From Dehalococcoidia bacterium (lineage in GTDB: Bacteria; Chloroflexota; Dehalococcoidia; UBA2979): a DNA stretch of 64,000 nucleotides. Below the pieces are notes generated by a model. That model was not told the origin of the DNA. It searched no databases and saw nothing but the letters and a program-made list of their open reading frames with translations. Position numbers and translations under genes: made by a program. The stretch's first letter is position 1. Each line of letters starts with the position of its first letter. The DNA lies in the NCBI GenBank assembly GCA_022451865.1, contig JAKUNM010000001.1, positions 4,733 through 68,732 of the forward strand, given 5' to 3'. This document shows positions 31,242 to 42,265 of this stretch, in pieces.

Positions 31242-32636
31242 TTACGGTTTCGTCATTTCTTCAGGTTTGATCCACTCATCAAACTGTTCTTCAGTTAGTA
31301 TATCTAATTCTAGTCCCGCTTGCAGAAGTGTCTTGTTTTCTTGGTGAGCTTTTTTTGCTATTTTTGCAGCATTGTCATAACCGATATGAGGATTTAATGC
31401 TGTTACTAGCATTAATGAAGATTCCATCAGTTCTTTAATTTTTGATTTATTCGGTTTAATGTCAGCTAAACAATTCTTCACAAATGAATTCATCGCATCT
31501 GATAATAGTTGGATACTTTGAATATTGTTGTATGCGATGACAGGTTTGAATACATTTAGTTCAAAATGTCCATTTGCCCCCCCGAACGCAACAGTGACAT
31601 CATTACCAAATACTTGTGTACATACCATTGTGAGTGCTTCAGTTTGCGTAGGGTTTACTTTACCGGGCATTATTGAAGAACCGGGTTCATTTTCAGGTAG
31701 AATCAACTCTCCTAAACCTGCACGAGGTCCAGAACCTAGCATACGAATATCATTACCAATTTTCATTAAGGATACTGCTATAACTTTTAACTGACCTGAT
31801 AATTCTACTTGGGCATCATGCGTTGCGAGTGATTCAAATTTATTGGGTGCTGTTACAAAAGGGATTTTTGTGAAATCTGCGACTGCTTTTGCAGCACTTA
31901 CTGCAAAGTCAGGATGAGAATTCAACCCTGTCCCTACTGCAGTTCCGCCCAAAGCTAATTCATATAAGCGAGGCAAGGTTAGTTTTATGCGGTCAATATC
32001 GTTACGTATTTGTTGTGCGTACCCAGAAAATTCCTGTCCCAGTGTAAGTGGGACAGCATCCATGAAATGTGTTCGTCCTATTTTAACGATCGAATCAAAT
32101 TCTAGAGTTTTTTTATCAAGAGTACCTAATAAGTTTTCTAGCGCAGGTATTAAGAGATGAGTGATCATTTCAGCTGTTGCGATACTCATAGCAGTTGGGA
32201 AGGTATCATTTGATGATTGTGACATATTGACATGATCATTAGGATGGATAGGATCTTTTGATCCCAATTCACCCCCCAAAACTTCGATAGATCGATTAGA
32301 AATAACTTCATTTGCATTCATATTAGTTTGCGTGCCTGAACCAGTCTGCCAGATTACCAAAGGGAAATGTTCATCGAGTTCACCATTAATTACTTGTTTT
32401 GATGCATTTCGTATAGTTTCTCCAAAATTCGAGTCTAATTTACCCAGATTTTCATTCGCTAAACTAGAAGCATATTTCACTATGCCTAACGCTCGAATTA
32501 ATGATCGTGGCATTCGTTCAGTTCCAATTTCAAAATTCATTAAGGATCTTTGTGTTTGTGCTCCCCAATATTTATCTGATGGAACATTAATCTGTCCCAT
32601 GCTGTCAGATTCAGTGCGGTATGATTGATCGGACAT
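31242..32636 (-). CDS. fumC: Class II fumarate hydratase
   Basis: [29 protein letters not shown] and [13 protein letters not shown] motifs. Confidence 0.97.
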   Translation of the reverse strand: MSDQSYRTESDSMGQINVPSDKYWGAQTQRSLMNFEIGTERMPRSLIRALGIVKYASSLANENLGKLDSNFGETIRNASKQVINGELDEHFPLVIWQTGSGTQTNMNANEVISNRSIEVLGGELGSKDPIHPNDHVNMSQSSNDTFPTAMSIATAEMITHLLIPALENLLGTLDKKTLEFDSIVKIGRTHFMDAVPLTLGQEFSGYAQQIRNDIDRIKLTLPRLYELALGGTAVGTGLNSHPDFAVSAAKAVADFTKIPFVTAPNKFESLATHDAQVELSGQLKVIAVSLMKIGNDIRMLGSGPRAGLGELILPENEPGSSIMPGKVNPTQTEALTMVCTQVFGNDVTVAFGGANGHFELNVFKPVIAYNNIQSIQLLSDAMNSFVKNCLADIKPNKSKIKELMESSLMLVTALNPHIGYDNAAKIAKKAHQENKTLLQAGLELDILTEEQFDEWIKPEEMTKP

Positions 32637-32664
32637 ACTTTTACTTTCTTTTTATAAATTACGA

Positions 32665-33591
32665 CTAAGGGATCAAAGTTACTAACTCTTTCACTGCATC
32701 ACCTGCAATAATCAATTCTTTTTGTTCTGAATCTGATAGTGGTATTTCATAGATTTCTTTAATTCCTCCTTCTCCTAAACGAACAGGGACTCCAACATAG
32801 GCATTTTCGATACCATATTCGCCATTTAGGAAAGCACAACAAGTGAGGATACGATTTTCATCGAGCAAAATTGCATCGACCATTTCAATAGTTGCTGCCG
32901 CTGGTGCTACAAAAGCACTGCCTGTTTTGAGTAAATCAACTATTTCTGCACCACCTTTTGAAGTTCGCTCAACGACCTGCTTTGTTTTCTCATTACCTAA
33001 CAATTGTTCAAGTGGGACTCCACCGACAGAAGCATTTGATACTATTGGGACCATCGTGGCTTCGGTATGTCCTCCCATAACCCATGCACTAACATCTTTG
33101 ACTGATGCACCGGTTTCCATGGCAATAAATGTTCTGTATCGAGCACTATCTAGCATGCCTCCTTGACCAACGACACGATTGCGATCAAACCCACTAGCTT
33201 CAAGGGCGACATGGCACATTACATCCATTGGATTAGCAAAAATTACTAGGGTTGTATTTGGAGAATATTCTACAGCGCTACTTACCACAGATTTTACAAT
33301 ACTCGCATTTGTACTAAGCAGGTCTTCTCGTGTCATACCAGGTTTTCTTGCAATACCTGATGTGACAATAACAGCATCAGAATTCGCTGTGTCTTCCCAA
33401 GCGTTTGTACCCAAGACAGTACTACTGAAATTAGCCCAAGGAGCAGATTCTGCAATATCTAAAGCTTTGCCTTGTGGTAGGCCTTCGACAATATCGATAA
33501 GGACGATATCGGCATAGTTTTTTGTTGCTAATATTTGTGCCATTGTTGCACCAGTGTTCCCAGCACCTACGATTGTGACTTTCTTTCGCAT
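32665..33591 (-). CDS. mdh: Malate dehydrogenase (LDH-like type)
   Basis: GAGNTG, ARKPGMTREDL, LDSAR and LLKTGSA; lies between icd and fumC. Confidence 0.93.
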   Translation of the reverse strand: MRKKVTIVGAGNTGATMAQILATKNYADIVLIDIVEGLPQGKALDIAESAPWANFSSTVLGTNAWEDTANSDAVIVTSGIARKPGMTREDLLSTNASIVKSVVSSAVEYSPNTTLVIFANPMDVMCHVALEASGFDRNRVVGQGGMLDSARYRTFIAMETGASVKDVSAWVMGGHTEATMVPIVSNASVGGVPLEQLLGNEKTKQVVERTSKGGAEIVDLLKTGSAFVAPAAATIEMVDAILLDENRILTCCAFLNGEYGIENAYVGVPVRLGEGGIKEIYEIPLSDSEQKELIIAGDAVKELVTLIP

Positions 33592-33633
33592 AATGACGAC
33601 CTTTCTTAAAAATCTAGACGGATAGAATTAAGC

Positions 33634-34848
33634 CTAAGACATTTTATTTTGTAAACCTTCATCAAGTTTTGACAAAAATTCATTTGTGGTGAGCCATCCT
33701 TGATCAGGCCCTACCAACAATGCTAAATCTTTGGTCATGTTTCCATTTTCAACAGTTTCAATACACACTTGTTCTAAAGTATTCGCAAAAGTGCTAAGTG
33801 CATCATTCCCATCAAGTGTGGCACGATGTGACAAGCCTCTTGTCCATGCAAAAATTGACGCAATTGGATTTGTCGAGGTTTCTAATCCTTGTTGATGCTG
33901 GCGATAGTGTCTAGTAACAGTGCCGTGTGCTGCTTCAGCTTCAACTGTTTTTCCATCAGGGGTCATCAATACTGAGCTCATTAAGCCGAGGGAGCCAAAA
34001 CCTTGTGCGACTATGTCAGATTGAACGTCTCCATCATAATTCTTACATGCCCAAACTATACCGCCGTTACCCTTAAGAGCCTGTGCAACCATGTCATCAA
34101 TTAGACGGTGTTCGTACCAAAGGTCCATTTCTTCAAATCGCTTTTGGAATTCATTTTCATACACTTCCTGAAAGATATCCATGAATCTTCCATCATATGC
34201 CTTTAGGATAGTGTTTTTCGTTGATAAATAAACAGGGTATCCAGTTTGAAGTCCATAGTTAAATGATGAACGTGCAAATCCACGTATAGAATCATCAAGG
34301 TTGTACATACCCATAGCAACACCGCTGTCATTGAATTGCATAACTTCATATTCAGTGGCTTCGCTGTGGTCAGAAGGTTCAAATCGCATGGTAAGTTTTC
34401 CAGCCCCTGGGATTAAGAAATCTGAAGCACGATATTGGTCGCCATGTGCATGACGTCCAATAATAATTGGTTGTTCCCAATTAGGAACTATCTTCGGGAT
34501 ATTTTTACAAATTATAGGTTCTCTGAAGACGGTACCTCCCAAAATATTTCTTATTGTCCCATTTGGAGATCTCCACATTGATTTAAGGTCGAATTCTTCA
34601 ACACGGGCCTCATCTGGTGTGATCGTGGCACACTTAACTCCAACTCCATATTTCTGGATTGCGTGTGCAGCATCAATCGTGATTTGATCATCCGTTTTAT
34701 CTCTAGATTCAATTCCAAGATCGTAATATTCGAGTTCAATATCGAGGTAAGGGAGAATTAGTTTCTCACGAATAAATCCCCAAATGATGCGAGTCATTTC
34801 ATCACCATCTAATTCTACGACTGGATTTGCTACATTAATTTTTGACAT
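33634..34848 (-). CDS. icd: NADP-dependent isocitrate dehydrogenase (eukaryote-like homodimeric type)
   Basis: [42 protein letters not shown] and [12 protein letters not shown] motifs. Confidence 0.97.
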   Translation of the reverse strand: MSKINVANPVVELDGDEMTRIIWGFIREKLILPYLDIELEYYDLGIESRDKTDDQITIDAAHAIQKYGVGVKCATITPDEARVEEFDLKSMWRSPNGTIRNILGGTVFREPIICKNIPKIVPNWEQPIIIGRHAHGDQYRASDFLIPGAGKLTMRFEPSDHSEATEYEVMQFNDSGVAMGMYNLDDSIRGFARSSFNYGLQTGYPVYLSTKNTILKAYDGRFMDIFQEVYENEFQKRFEEMDLWYEHRLIDDMVAQALKGNGGIVWACKNYDGDVQSDIVAQGFGSLGLMSSVLMTPDGKTVEAEAAHGTVTRHYRQHQQGLETSTNPIASIFAWTRGLSHRATLDGNDALSTFANTLEQVCIETVENGNMTKDLALLVGPDQGWLTTNEFLSKLDEGLQNKMS

Positions 34849-34935
34849 TATTTACCTTTCATAAGTTAGACATAAAAAATGAATATTCTTTCATAGCTAA
34901 AAATTTGGCCAAGCAAGTATACCCGTAAAATCACT

Positions 34936-36480
34936 CTAGAGAGGTATTATGCCATGTCTTTTTGGTGGAAGATTTTCTGATTTAGTTTTCAACATGGATA
35001 ATGCTTTTGATACTTTCATTCGCGTTTCACTTGGATCGATAACATCATCAATATATCCCTTTGCTGCAGCTATGTAAGGATGTTCTAATTCTTCTTGATA
35101 TTCTGCTATTAATTGACTTCTAGCTTTGTCTACGTCATCAGCAGCTTGTAATTCACGCCTATTGATTATATTTACAGCTTGGGTACCCGCCATTACAGCA
35201 ACTGCTGCGCCAGCCCATGCATAATTTACGTCAGCACCTAAATGTTTGGACCCCATAGCGTCATATGCACCACCGAAGGCTTTACGAAGAATTACTGTTA
35301 CTTTTGGTACAGTTGCTTCAGCGTATGCAAATACTAGTTTTGCTCCATGGCTAATGATACCTCCATATTCTTGGGATACGCCTGGTAAGAATCCAGGTAC
35401 ATCAACTAGGGTAACTATAGGAATATTAAAAGCATCACAAAAGCGAACAAATCTTGCAGCTTTTCTTGAAGAATCAATATCTAGAACTCCCGCAAGATAT
35501 AAAGGTTGGTTTGCTACAATTCCAACAGTATTTCCTTCAATTCTTGCCAGACCTACAACTATGTTTTGAGCAAAAAGTTCATGTACTTCCATAAAGTCAC
35601 CATTGTCTACTAATCTTTCGATAATATCTCGGACATCATATGGATTTTGCGAATCTTCAGGAAGTACATCCAGAATATCCGACAAAATTCGTTCGCCCGG
35701 ATCTCCAGTGTCTAAAGAAGGTACGTCATCTATATTATTACTAGGCAAAAAGGAAAGTAATCGTCGAACATCATCTAAACATGTCTGTTCATCTTCTGCG
35801 GTAAAATGGGAAACTCCCGATTTACTTGCATGTGAATTTGCTCCACCTAATTCCTCGTGGGTTGTTTCTTCTCCAGTAACACTTGCTATTACATCTGGTC
35901 CCGTCAGGAACATTTGTGAAGTTCCGTCTACCATAAAAATAAAATCAGTAAGTGCTGGTGAATATACTGCTCCACCAGCACATGGCCCCATAATTACACT
36001 TAGTTGAGGTATGACACCAGATGCTTGAACGTTTCTATAAAAAATTTCTCCATACCCTGCTAATGAACCAACACCCTCTTGGATTCTGGCCCCTCCTGAA
36101 TCGTTTAATCCAATCATAGGGACGCCAGTTTTTGTAGCTAAATCCATAGCTTTTGCAATTTTTTCGCTCACCACTTCACCTAAGGAACCTCCAAAAACAG
36201 TGAAATCTTGAGCAAAAACACAGACTGCCCTTCCATCGATGCGTCCCCATCCTGTAACGACAGCATCTCCGTATAACCGCTCATTAGATGCGACATCGTT
36301 CATATCTGCTCCGAGTGCATCCAGTTCTTCAAAAGAATTAGGATCGAGTAATAAATCAATCCTTTCGCGTGCTGTTAATTTTCCTCGCGCATGCTGTGCT
36401 TCAACTCTATCTATTCCGCCACCAAGTGCGGCACGTTCCTTTAATTGCTGGAGATAGTCGAGTTGTTCTTGAATTGACAT
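34936..36480 (-). CDS. pccB: Acyl-CoA (propionyl/methylmalonyl-CoA) carboxylase carboxyltransferase beta subunit
   Basis: GKLTARERI, DFTVFGGSLG, DSGGARIQEG, GPCAGGAVYSPA and DVPGFLPG motifs. Confidence 0.88.
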   Translation of the reverse strand: MSIQEQLDYLQQLKERAALGGGIDRVEAQHARGKLTARERIDLLLDPNSFEELDALGADMNDVASNERLYGDAVVTGWGRIDGRAVCVFAQDFTVFGGSLGEVVSEKIAKAMDLATKTGVPMIGLNDSGGARIQEGVGSLAGYGEIFYRNVQASGVIPQLSVIMGPCAGGAVYSPALTDFIFMVDGTSQMFLTGPDVIASVTGEETTHEELGGANSHASKSGVSHFTAEDEQTCLDDVRRLLSFLPSNNIDDVPSLDTGDPGERILSDILDVLPEDSQNPYDVRDIIERLVDNGDFMEVHELFAQNIVVGLARIEGNTVGIVANQPLYLAGVLDIDSSRKAARFVRFCDAFNIPIVTLVDVPGFLPGVSQEYGGIISHGAKLVFAYAEATVPKVTVILRKAFGGAYDAMGSKHLGADVNYAWAGAAVAVMAGTQAVNIINRRELQAADDVDKARSQLIAEYQEELEHPYIAAAKGYIDDVIDPSETRMKVSKALSMLKTKSENLPPKRHGIIPL

Positions 36481-36576
36481 TTTTCTTCCGTCCCTCTAGT
36501 TGATTTGAGTAACTGTAATATTTATTGTGCCATCAAAACAAAAAAAGCTGACACTACTGAATAGGAGATTACCTTG

Positions 36577-37185
36577 TTATTGACTTGGGATCAGCAATTC
36601 TTGTCCAATTTGTAGATTTCCTAACTCATCCAACGTGAATCCATTGGCTGAAGCAAGCTCTTCCATAGTGATGTCAAATTTTTGTGCAATTGCATATCCT
36701 GTATCTCCATCTTGTACTGAGTATTTCTCAATGCTTTCTGATGAATCAGCAGTTGTGGTAGGACTAGGTGTTGTAATCAAGCTATCTGTAGAGGGAATAA
36801 GGAGTTCTTGATCAACAAAAATATTTGTATTATTTAAATCATTAAGTGATTGAATAGCTTCTACTGTGGTGTCATATTTTTGTGCGATAACGGATAAAGA
36901 ATCACCTGCCACAACAATGTATATCTCACCGACTTCACTTGCAGCATTTTTAGTTGGTTCTGGTGTGGCTCCTATCCTTTCTAAAACGACTGCAGTTGGT
37001 ACTGCTGGAAAAGGAGTGGCAGAGGCAGATGATTGTGAGTTGAGTGAAGCAGTAGATTGATTACCAGTGACAGTGGGTATAATTTCTGTCTTTTCGTTTT
37101 CAGTATCATCTCCGCCACAACTAAGAATTAGTGTTAGTAAAGAGAAACTGAATATTGTGATGAAATATTTAATTTTTTTATTCAT
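36577..37185 (-). CDS. Lipoprotein with two LysM domains
   Basis: From ATG 37185: MNKKIK-hydrophobic-LSC lipobox, a Thr/Pro linker, then two LysM repeats (YIVVAGDSLSVIAQKY; YSVQDGDTGYAIAQKF). Confidence 0.88.
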   Translation of the reverse strand: MNKKIKYFITIFSFSLLTLILSCGGDDTENEKTEIIPTVTGNQSTASLNSQSSASATPFPAVPTAVVLERIGATPEPTKNAASEVGEIYIVVAGDSLSVIAQKYDTTVEAIQSLNDLNNTNIFVDQELLIPSTDSLITTPSPTTTADSSESIEKYSVQDGDTGYAIAQKFDITMEELASANGFTLDELGNLQIGQELLIPSQ

Positions 37186-37204
37186 TATTTTCTCAGATTC
37201 TTCG

Positions 37205-37633
37205 TTAACTTTGCTTTCGTATCCACTTTGAGATACGGTGCATAAAATTTTCATATCTAGGGGGAGAATTAACTTTTTTACCTCGCCAAATTTGTTGATT
37301 TTTTGAGGATGAATTGCTGTTGCCAAAGAACATCAATGTAAAACTAGTTAAGAATACTACAATTCCTGAAAACAAGACCCATCGCATTAATAATGGATTT
37401 ATTCGACCTAAAATAAAGTACGAAGTAAAAATCATTAAGAATGATCCAAGCATTAACTGTGCTAGTGAGATTTTGCCGAGATACTTTGCCACCAGTTGCT
37501 GTTTTTTTGATATAGCAATTCCTAGATAACTTAAGTATAGTTTTAGACGCTTTTTTGTAGCACTTTCAGAGCTGGGGAAATCATCAATTTTTTTAAGCAA
37601 TTCCTCAATTTCTTTTTCTAGGTTATCCGACAT
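37205..37633 (-). CDS. Hypothetical two-TM membrane protein
   Basis: MSDNLEKEIEELL start, two hydrophobic segments and a WRG motif; co-oriented with the LysM gene. Confidence 0.7.
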   Translation of the reverse strand: MSDNLEKEIEELLKKIDDFPSSESATKKRLKLYLSYLGIAISKKQQLVAKYLGKISLAQLMLGSFLMIFTSYFILGRINPLLMRWVLFSGIVVFLTSFTLMFFGNSNSSSKNQQIWRGKKVNSPPRYENFMHRISKWIRKQS

Positions 37634-37871
37634 GTATTTCACCATCGATGATCTATCATACTTTGAAACTATTATAATTGAAAAAGAGGATTTCGTCGTA
37701 ATATTAGAAGAAAGACTCTTAGTTAAGAAAAAATCTAACTACTTTTAAAATACATCTTAACTGATTAAAATTAAATTACAGTGAATATCCGTATACGATT
37801 TCTTGGTGTATCCTTATACGTCGTTTGCATTTTTGATTTTGACTAAAATACATTTCCTACAGGAGCATTCA

Positions 37872-38522
37872 ATGCCAGATACTTATGCAGCAATTGCACG
37901 TGACGTGATAGGTAAAAAGGTAAGTGTTTTACGTGGTAATGGAATTATTCCTGCCAATATATATGGCCGTGGAATCGATTCAGTTCCAGTGCAAATTCTG
38001 TGGCCAGAAGCAAGAGGGATGTTAAATGCACATGGACGTAATGTATTGATTCAAATTCAAATTGAGGGAGAAGCTCAATCTCGTTCTGTTGTTATTCGCG
38101 ATTTCACTCGTGATCCAGTTAATGGTTCTTTACAGCATATTGATTTTTTTCAGGTTGATCTTACTCGAAAAATTCAAGCTGATATTCCTGTTCAGTTAGT
38201 TGGTGAATCTCCTGCTGTTCATACATATGGTGGTATTCTTGTCCAGTCATTAGAATTACTGCACGTAGAGGCACTTCCTACAGAAATGCCAGAATCGATT
38301 CAAGTTTCTGTGGAATCACTAGGCGAACTTGAATCTTCGTTAACAGTAGGCGATATTCAGGCACCTGAAGGAGTTTCAATTCTTACTGCTCCAGATGTTG
38401 GTTTGGCCCAAATTGCTCGACCACGTGTTGAACAAGAAGAATCAGAAGAGATACAAGAAGGTGAAGATATAGAAGGCGTAGTTTCTACGGATGATTCAGA
38501 AGTTGAAGAAGAAGCCGACTAG
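37872..38522 (+). CDS. rplY: 50S ribosomal protein L25 (CTC-type)
   Basis: LRGNGIIPANIYG, HIDF, GESPAV..GG and an acidic tail; AGGAG RBS before ATG 37872. Confidence 0.93.
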   Translation: MPDTYAAIARDVIGKKVSVLRGNGIIPANIYGRGIDSVPVQILWPEARGMLNAHGRNVLIQIQIEGEAQSRSVVIRDFTRDPVNGSLQHIDFFQVDLTRKIQADIPVQLVGESPAVHTYGGILVQSLELLHVEALPTEMPESIQVSVESLGELESSLTVGDIQAPEGVSILTAPDVGLAQIARPRVEQEESEEIQEGEDIEGVVSTDDSEVEEEAD

Positions 38523-38523
38523 A

Positions 38524-39618
38524 TTATTTTTTCACGTTGTTAAAACTACTTGTATTTAATTGACCACATGCGGCTGCTATCTCTGTTCCTCTTTCATAAC
38601 GGATGGTAGTATTGACACCTTTTTCATTAAGGATTTTTGAAAAAAGATTAATTTTATTCATACTCGGTCGTCTTAATTTTTCTGTATCGATTGGATTGTA
38701 AGGTATTAAATTGACATGTGTAGCTGTATTGACAAGTTTTGAGGCTAGTTCGATAGCATGTTCTTCATGATCATTAACACCTTCTAGTAACGCGTAAGCA
38801 AAAGTAACACGTCTCTTTGTAATTTCTTGATATTTTTTGCCGGCATCGATTAGCTCGTCTATAGTCGTTTTTACATTAGTGGGAACTAATATTTTTCTTA
38901 ATTCATTATTAGGTGCATGTAAAGATATTGTCAGGCCGATCTGTAGTTTCTCTTGAGCGAGTCGTTCAATTTTATCTACTAACCCTACTGTCGAAACTGT
39001 AATTCCGCGTTGTCTTAAGTTAAAACCATTTTTGGAGATCAGCCATTTGATACTTCTTATAGTATTTTCATAATTTGCTAATGGCTCACCCATTCCCATA
39101 AAAACAACATTGGTTATCTTCCTTGTTTTTGAAAAATATAGTATTTGTCCGATTATTTCAGATGTGCTTAGGTTACGTTTCAATCCCTGTAATCCTGTAG
39201 CACAAAAAATGCATTGCATTGCACATCCGGCCTGTGTCGAAATACATATTGTTGTCCGGTGTGATGAATTGTCTATGATAGAGTCTGGATCATATTTCAT
39301 TTGGACTGTTTCGATATTCGAACCATCTTCTAATCCGAATAATATTTTTGTTGTTGCTGCATCATCGGTGCTTTGTTCAGTATTAATGTTTAATGCTGTT
39401 ATTTTGAATTGCGATGATAGAAATGCTCTAAATTGTCTGGGTAGATTAAGCATTTCATCAAAATTAGTTACATTTTTGTTGATTATCCAATGAATTATTT
39501 GAGTTGCACGAAATTTCTCATATCCATTTTCTATAATCTTTTCTTCTAACTCACTGAAGTTATAGTCGAAAATATATTTCTTATCATCTATTAGGTTCTG
39601 ATTAGATAAGTTAATCAA
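38524..39618 (-). CDS. rlmN: 23S rRNA m2A2503 / tRNA radical SAM methyltransferase
   Basis: CISTQAGCAMQCIFCATG, FMGMGEP, SLHAP and AACGQL motifs. Confidence 0.95.
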   Translation of the reverse strand: MINLSNQNLIDDKKYIFDYNFSELEEKIIENGYEKFRATQIIHWIINKNVTNFDEMLNLPRQFRAFLSSQFKITALNINTEQSTDDAATTKILFGLEDGSNIETVQMKYDPDSIIDNSSHRTTICISTQAGCAMQCIFCATGLQGLKRNLSTSEIIGQILYFSKTRKITNVVFMGMGEPLANYENTIRSIKWLISKNGFNLRQRGITVSTVGLVDKIERLAQEKLQIGLTISLHAPNNELRKILVPTNVKTTIDELIDAGKKYQEITKRRVTFAYALLEGVNDHEEHAIELASKLVNTATHVNLIPYNPIDTEKLRRPSMNKINLFSKILNEKGVNTTIRYERGTEIAAACGQLNTSSFNNVKK

Positions 39619-40579
39619 AATTTGATCCTACGAATGATCTGTCTCCGTTGAGATAATCTTTTATTGATTGGATTTTTTTGCCTGAACGTTGTATTTCGAT
39701 CAACCCTAAAGCGCCTTCGCCGCAGACGACCGCAATTGTATTTTTTAAAAATATTGCTGAATTTTGGTTATTATTTTGAATAATTTCGATAATTGTACCT
39801 GGTTTTTCTTCTGAATAATAATCCGGGATTGACCAAGCTTGGTGAATTACAAATAATTGTTGCTTATAGATCGTATTAGCCAGTGGCCAGGGGTTGAGCG
39901 CTCTGACAGCTAGTGCAATATTATTAGATGAATCATACCAATTGATTCGTCCATCTGATTTTTTAAGTTTTTTTGTATTAGTAGCTAATTGATCATTTTG
40001 TTTTTTTGGTTGAATTTCTCCATTTATCCATTTCGGAAGAATTTCTATTAGAAGATCGGATCCAATATTTGCGATTTTTTCACTGAGGCTACTTGTAGTA
40101 TCAGTAATTAAAATTGGTGTTCGAATTTGGCCAAGTATTGGACCAGCATCAACTTCCTTGACAATTTTCATGATGGTGGCACCACTTTCGGAGTCCCCCA
40201 TGATTATCGCATTTGCTACCGCTGATGCACCTCTATGTTTTGGTAAAAGTGAACCATGCAAATTAAGCACATCATTAGGAAAAATTGCTAATAATTGTTC
40301 AGGGAGAATATGTCCTGAAGCGACAACTATTCCGATATCAGGTTTTAATTGACTAAGTTTTTCTATTATGTCTGTCGTGATAGTGGATGGTTGAAAAATA
40401 TTAGTGATTCCATATTTAATTGCCATTGATTTTACAGGTGTAGGTACTAGTTGACTCTTCCTTCCCTGTCGTCGGTCAGGTTGAGTAACAATAGCTACAA
40501 CCTCTGCATTATCAAGATTTAGACACTTTGATAATGAAGGTAAAGCAAAGTTTGGTGATCCAAAAAATACGATTCGCAC
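39611..40579 (-). CDS. fmt: Methionyl-tRNA formyltransferase
   Basis: FFGSPNFA, VTQPDR, NLHGSLLP, DAGP and RALNPWP motifs. Confidence 0.95.
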   Translation of the reverse strand: MRIVFFGSPNFALPSLSKCLNLDNAEVVAIVTQPDRRQGRKSQLVPTPVKSMAIKYGITNIFQPSTITTDIIEKLSQLKPDIGIVVASGHILPEQLLAIFPNDVLNLHGSLLPKHRGASAVANAIIMGDSESGATIMKIVKEVDAGPILGQIRTPILITDTTSSLSEKIANIGSDLLIEILPKWINGEIQPKKQNDQLATNTKKLKKSDGRINWYDSSNNIALAVRALNPWPLANTIYKQQLFVIHQAWSIPDYYSEEKPGTIIEIIQNNNQNSAIFLKNTIAVVCGEGALGLIEIQRSGKKIQSIKDYLNGDRSFVGSNFD

Positions 40580-40611
40580 TAGTGCATCATATCAAGCAAA
40601 TCTGTATGTGT

Positions 40612-40836
40612 TTAGGAAGCTGCTACTGTCCAAGCAGAAATTCCCAAGAAAAGTACAATGACAAAGATCGTTAAGTGGTGTAAAGATCTTTGGATGCCTC
40701 TTTTGGTTCTGAATGTTTGATCTTGCCCACCCAAAGCCGCACCAAATCCAGTTCCACGAACTTGAATTAGGACTAAAAATATTAGCAGACAGGAAACAAG
40801 TATTTGTGCGAAACTTAATAAGTGTTTTAATTCCAT
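40612..40836 (-). CDS. secG: Preprotein translocase subunit SecG
   Basis: Two TM helices around LIQVRGTGFGAALGG..RTKRG. Confidence 0.9.
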   Translation of the reverse strand: MELKHLLSFAQILVSCLLIFLVLIQVRGTGFGAALGGQDQTFRTKRGIQRSLHHLTIFVIVLFLGISAWTVAAS

Positions 40837-40876
40837 AGAAAAATCGTATAATTCAAATGAGCCATATACAAGTAAT

Positions 40877-42193
40877 TTATTGATTTGCTAATGCAACGTT
40901 TGCGCTTGTTCGAATATCTCTCTCATAATACAAGCGCATTACAGCACTAGCTAGAGATTCTCCATCATGTCGATAACGGCGTTCATGGTCGACTATATCT
41001 AACAAAACTAATCTTGAATTCCCGTAATCAGCATCTCCTGGAGCTACTACTGGCTGTGATTGCCATTCATGTGGAAAACTATCAACCGGCAAATTGCTGT
41101 TGGCTAATACTACATTGGCAAAATATTCACTACCGAGATGTTTCCTTATTGTGCAGTAATGATCTGATGCATTGTAATTATTAGTTTCTCCATGCTGAGT
41201 TGCGACATTACTGATATAGATTTTATGTGCCTTTGTATTCAATAAAGCATTACCAATATCGTTTACTAATAGATTAGGTAATATCGAAGTGAAAAGACTC
41301 CCAGGGCCAATTAATACTAGATCTGCCTTAGCGATAGCACTCACAGCTTTCGGATTGGCTGTTACATTTTTTGGATTAATGTATACAGAAGAAGGGGCGA
41401 TCCCTTTACTTGGTATTTGGGATTCGCCTTCAATGATAGTTCCATCATTAAATCTAGCACTTAAGGTTATATCTTCGAGTGAAGCTGGAATTATTTCCCC
41501 TCTTACATTCAGTACTCTTGATGTCTCGGCTATCGCAAGTTCCATCGATCCGGTTACTTCGGCCATGGCTGCGATAAATAAGTTTCCAAATGAATGTCCA
41601 CTCATTTCATCATCATTCCTTTCGGGGAATCGATGTTGAAACAATTCAGTTACTAAAGGCTCAGACTCGGCCATAGCCGCAATACAATTTCTTATATCTC
41701 CAGGTGGTATTATAAAACGATCTCTTCGGAGCCTCCCGCTTGATCCTCCGTCATCAGCTACAGTCACAATTGCAGTCAGATTACCCGTATACTGTTTTAA
41801 TCCTCTTAAAAGATTAGATAGACCTGTCCCGCCACCGATTGCGACTATCTTTGGCCCGCGATCTAGTGTCCTACGTTGGTAAACTAAATCAACGATATCT
41901 TGTTTTGTGCCTGATCCGATTAACGTACGTGCTAAAGATTGGTTTAATTTCCATCCAGCAAAAAGTGTAATAATAGATGCTAGCCCAATAAATAGAAATC
42001 CACGTAATACTCTGGGTGTGAATTGTAGTGTTGCATAGTAAGTCCAATCAGGGAATGTATAGGTCAGGTAGAAGGCACGTAGTAGGTAAGAAAGGCCTAG
42101 TCCCATTATGGCAACACCAAGTAAAAGCAGTATCAACCAGCGCTTGATACTGAGACCAACATACAACCATTTCGTTAGACTTGGACGGTCCAA
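40877..42193 (-). CDS. yvcK: YvcK/GlmR (UPF0052) family protein with an N-terminal membrane domain
   Basis: GGGTGLS, VTVADDGGSSG, PPGDIRNC, GHSFGNL and GPGSLFTS motifs. Confidence 0.88.
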   Translation of the reverse strand: MDRPSLTKWLYVGLSIKRWLILLLLGVAIMGLGLSYLLRAFYLTYTFPDWTYYATLQFTPRVLRGFLFIGLASIITLFAGWKLNQSLARTLIGSGTKQDIVDLVYQRRTLDRGPKIVAIGGGTGLSNLLRGLKQYTGNLTAIVTVADDGGSSGRLRRDRFIIPPGDIRNCIAAMAESEPLVTELFQHRFPERNDDEMSGHSFGNLFIAAMAEVTGSMELAIAETSRVLNVRGEIIPASLEDITLSARFNDGTIIEGESQIPSKGIAPSSVYINPKNVTANPKAVSAIAKADLVLIGPGSLFTSILPNLLVNDIGNALLNTKAHKIYISNVATQHGETNNYNASDHYCTIRKHLGSEYFANVVLANSNLPVDSFPHEWQSQPVVAPGDADYGNSRLVLLDIVDHERRYRHDGESLASAVMRLYYERDIRTSANVALANQ

Positions 42194-42265
42194 TGTACCT
42201 TCCTAGCAACATACTTCATGATCGATTTACTCTCGTTGTGTTACTGAAGTCAAGAGATTAGATAA

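Noticed and set aside
37186..37326. N-terminal extension of the LysM ORF; similarly long starts for mutS (51667), nadK (25674) and rplY (37803)
   Set aside because: Downstream starts fit better on RBS, signal peptide or family N-terminus, and avoid overlaps.
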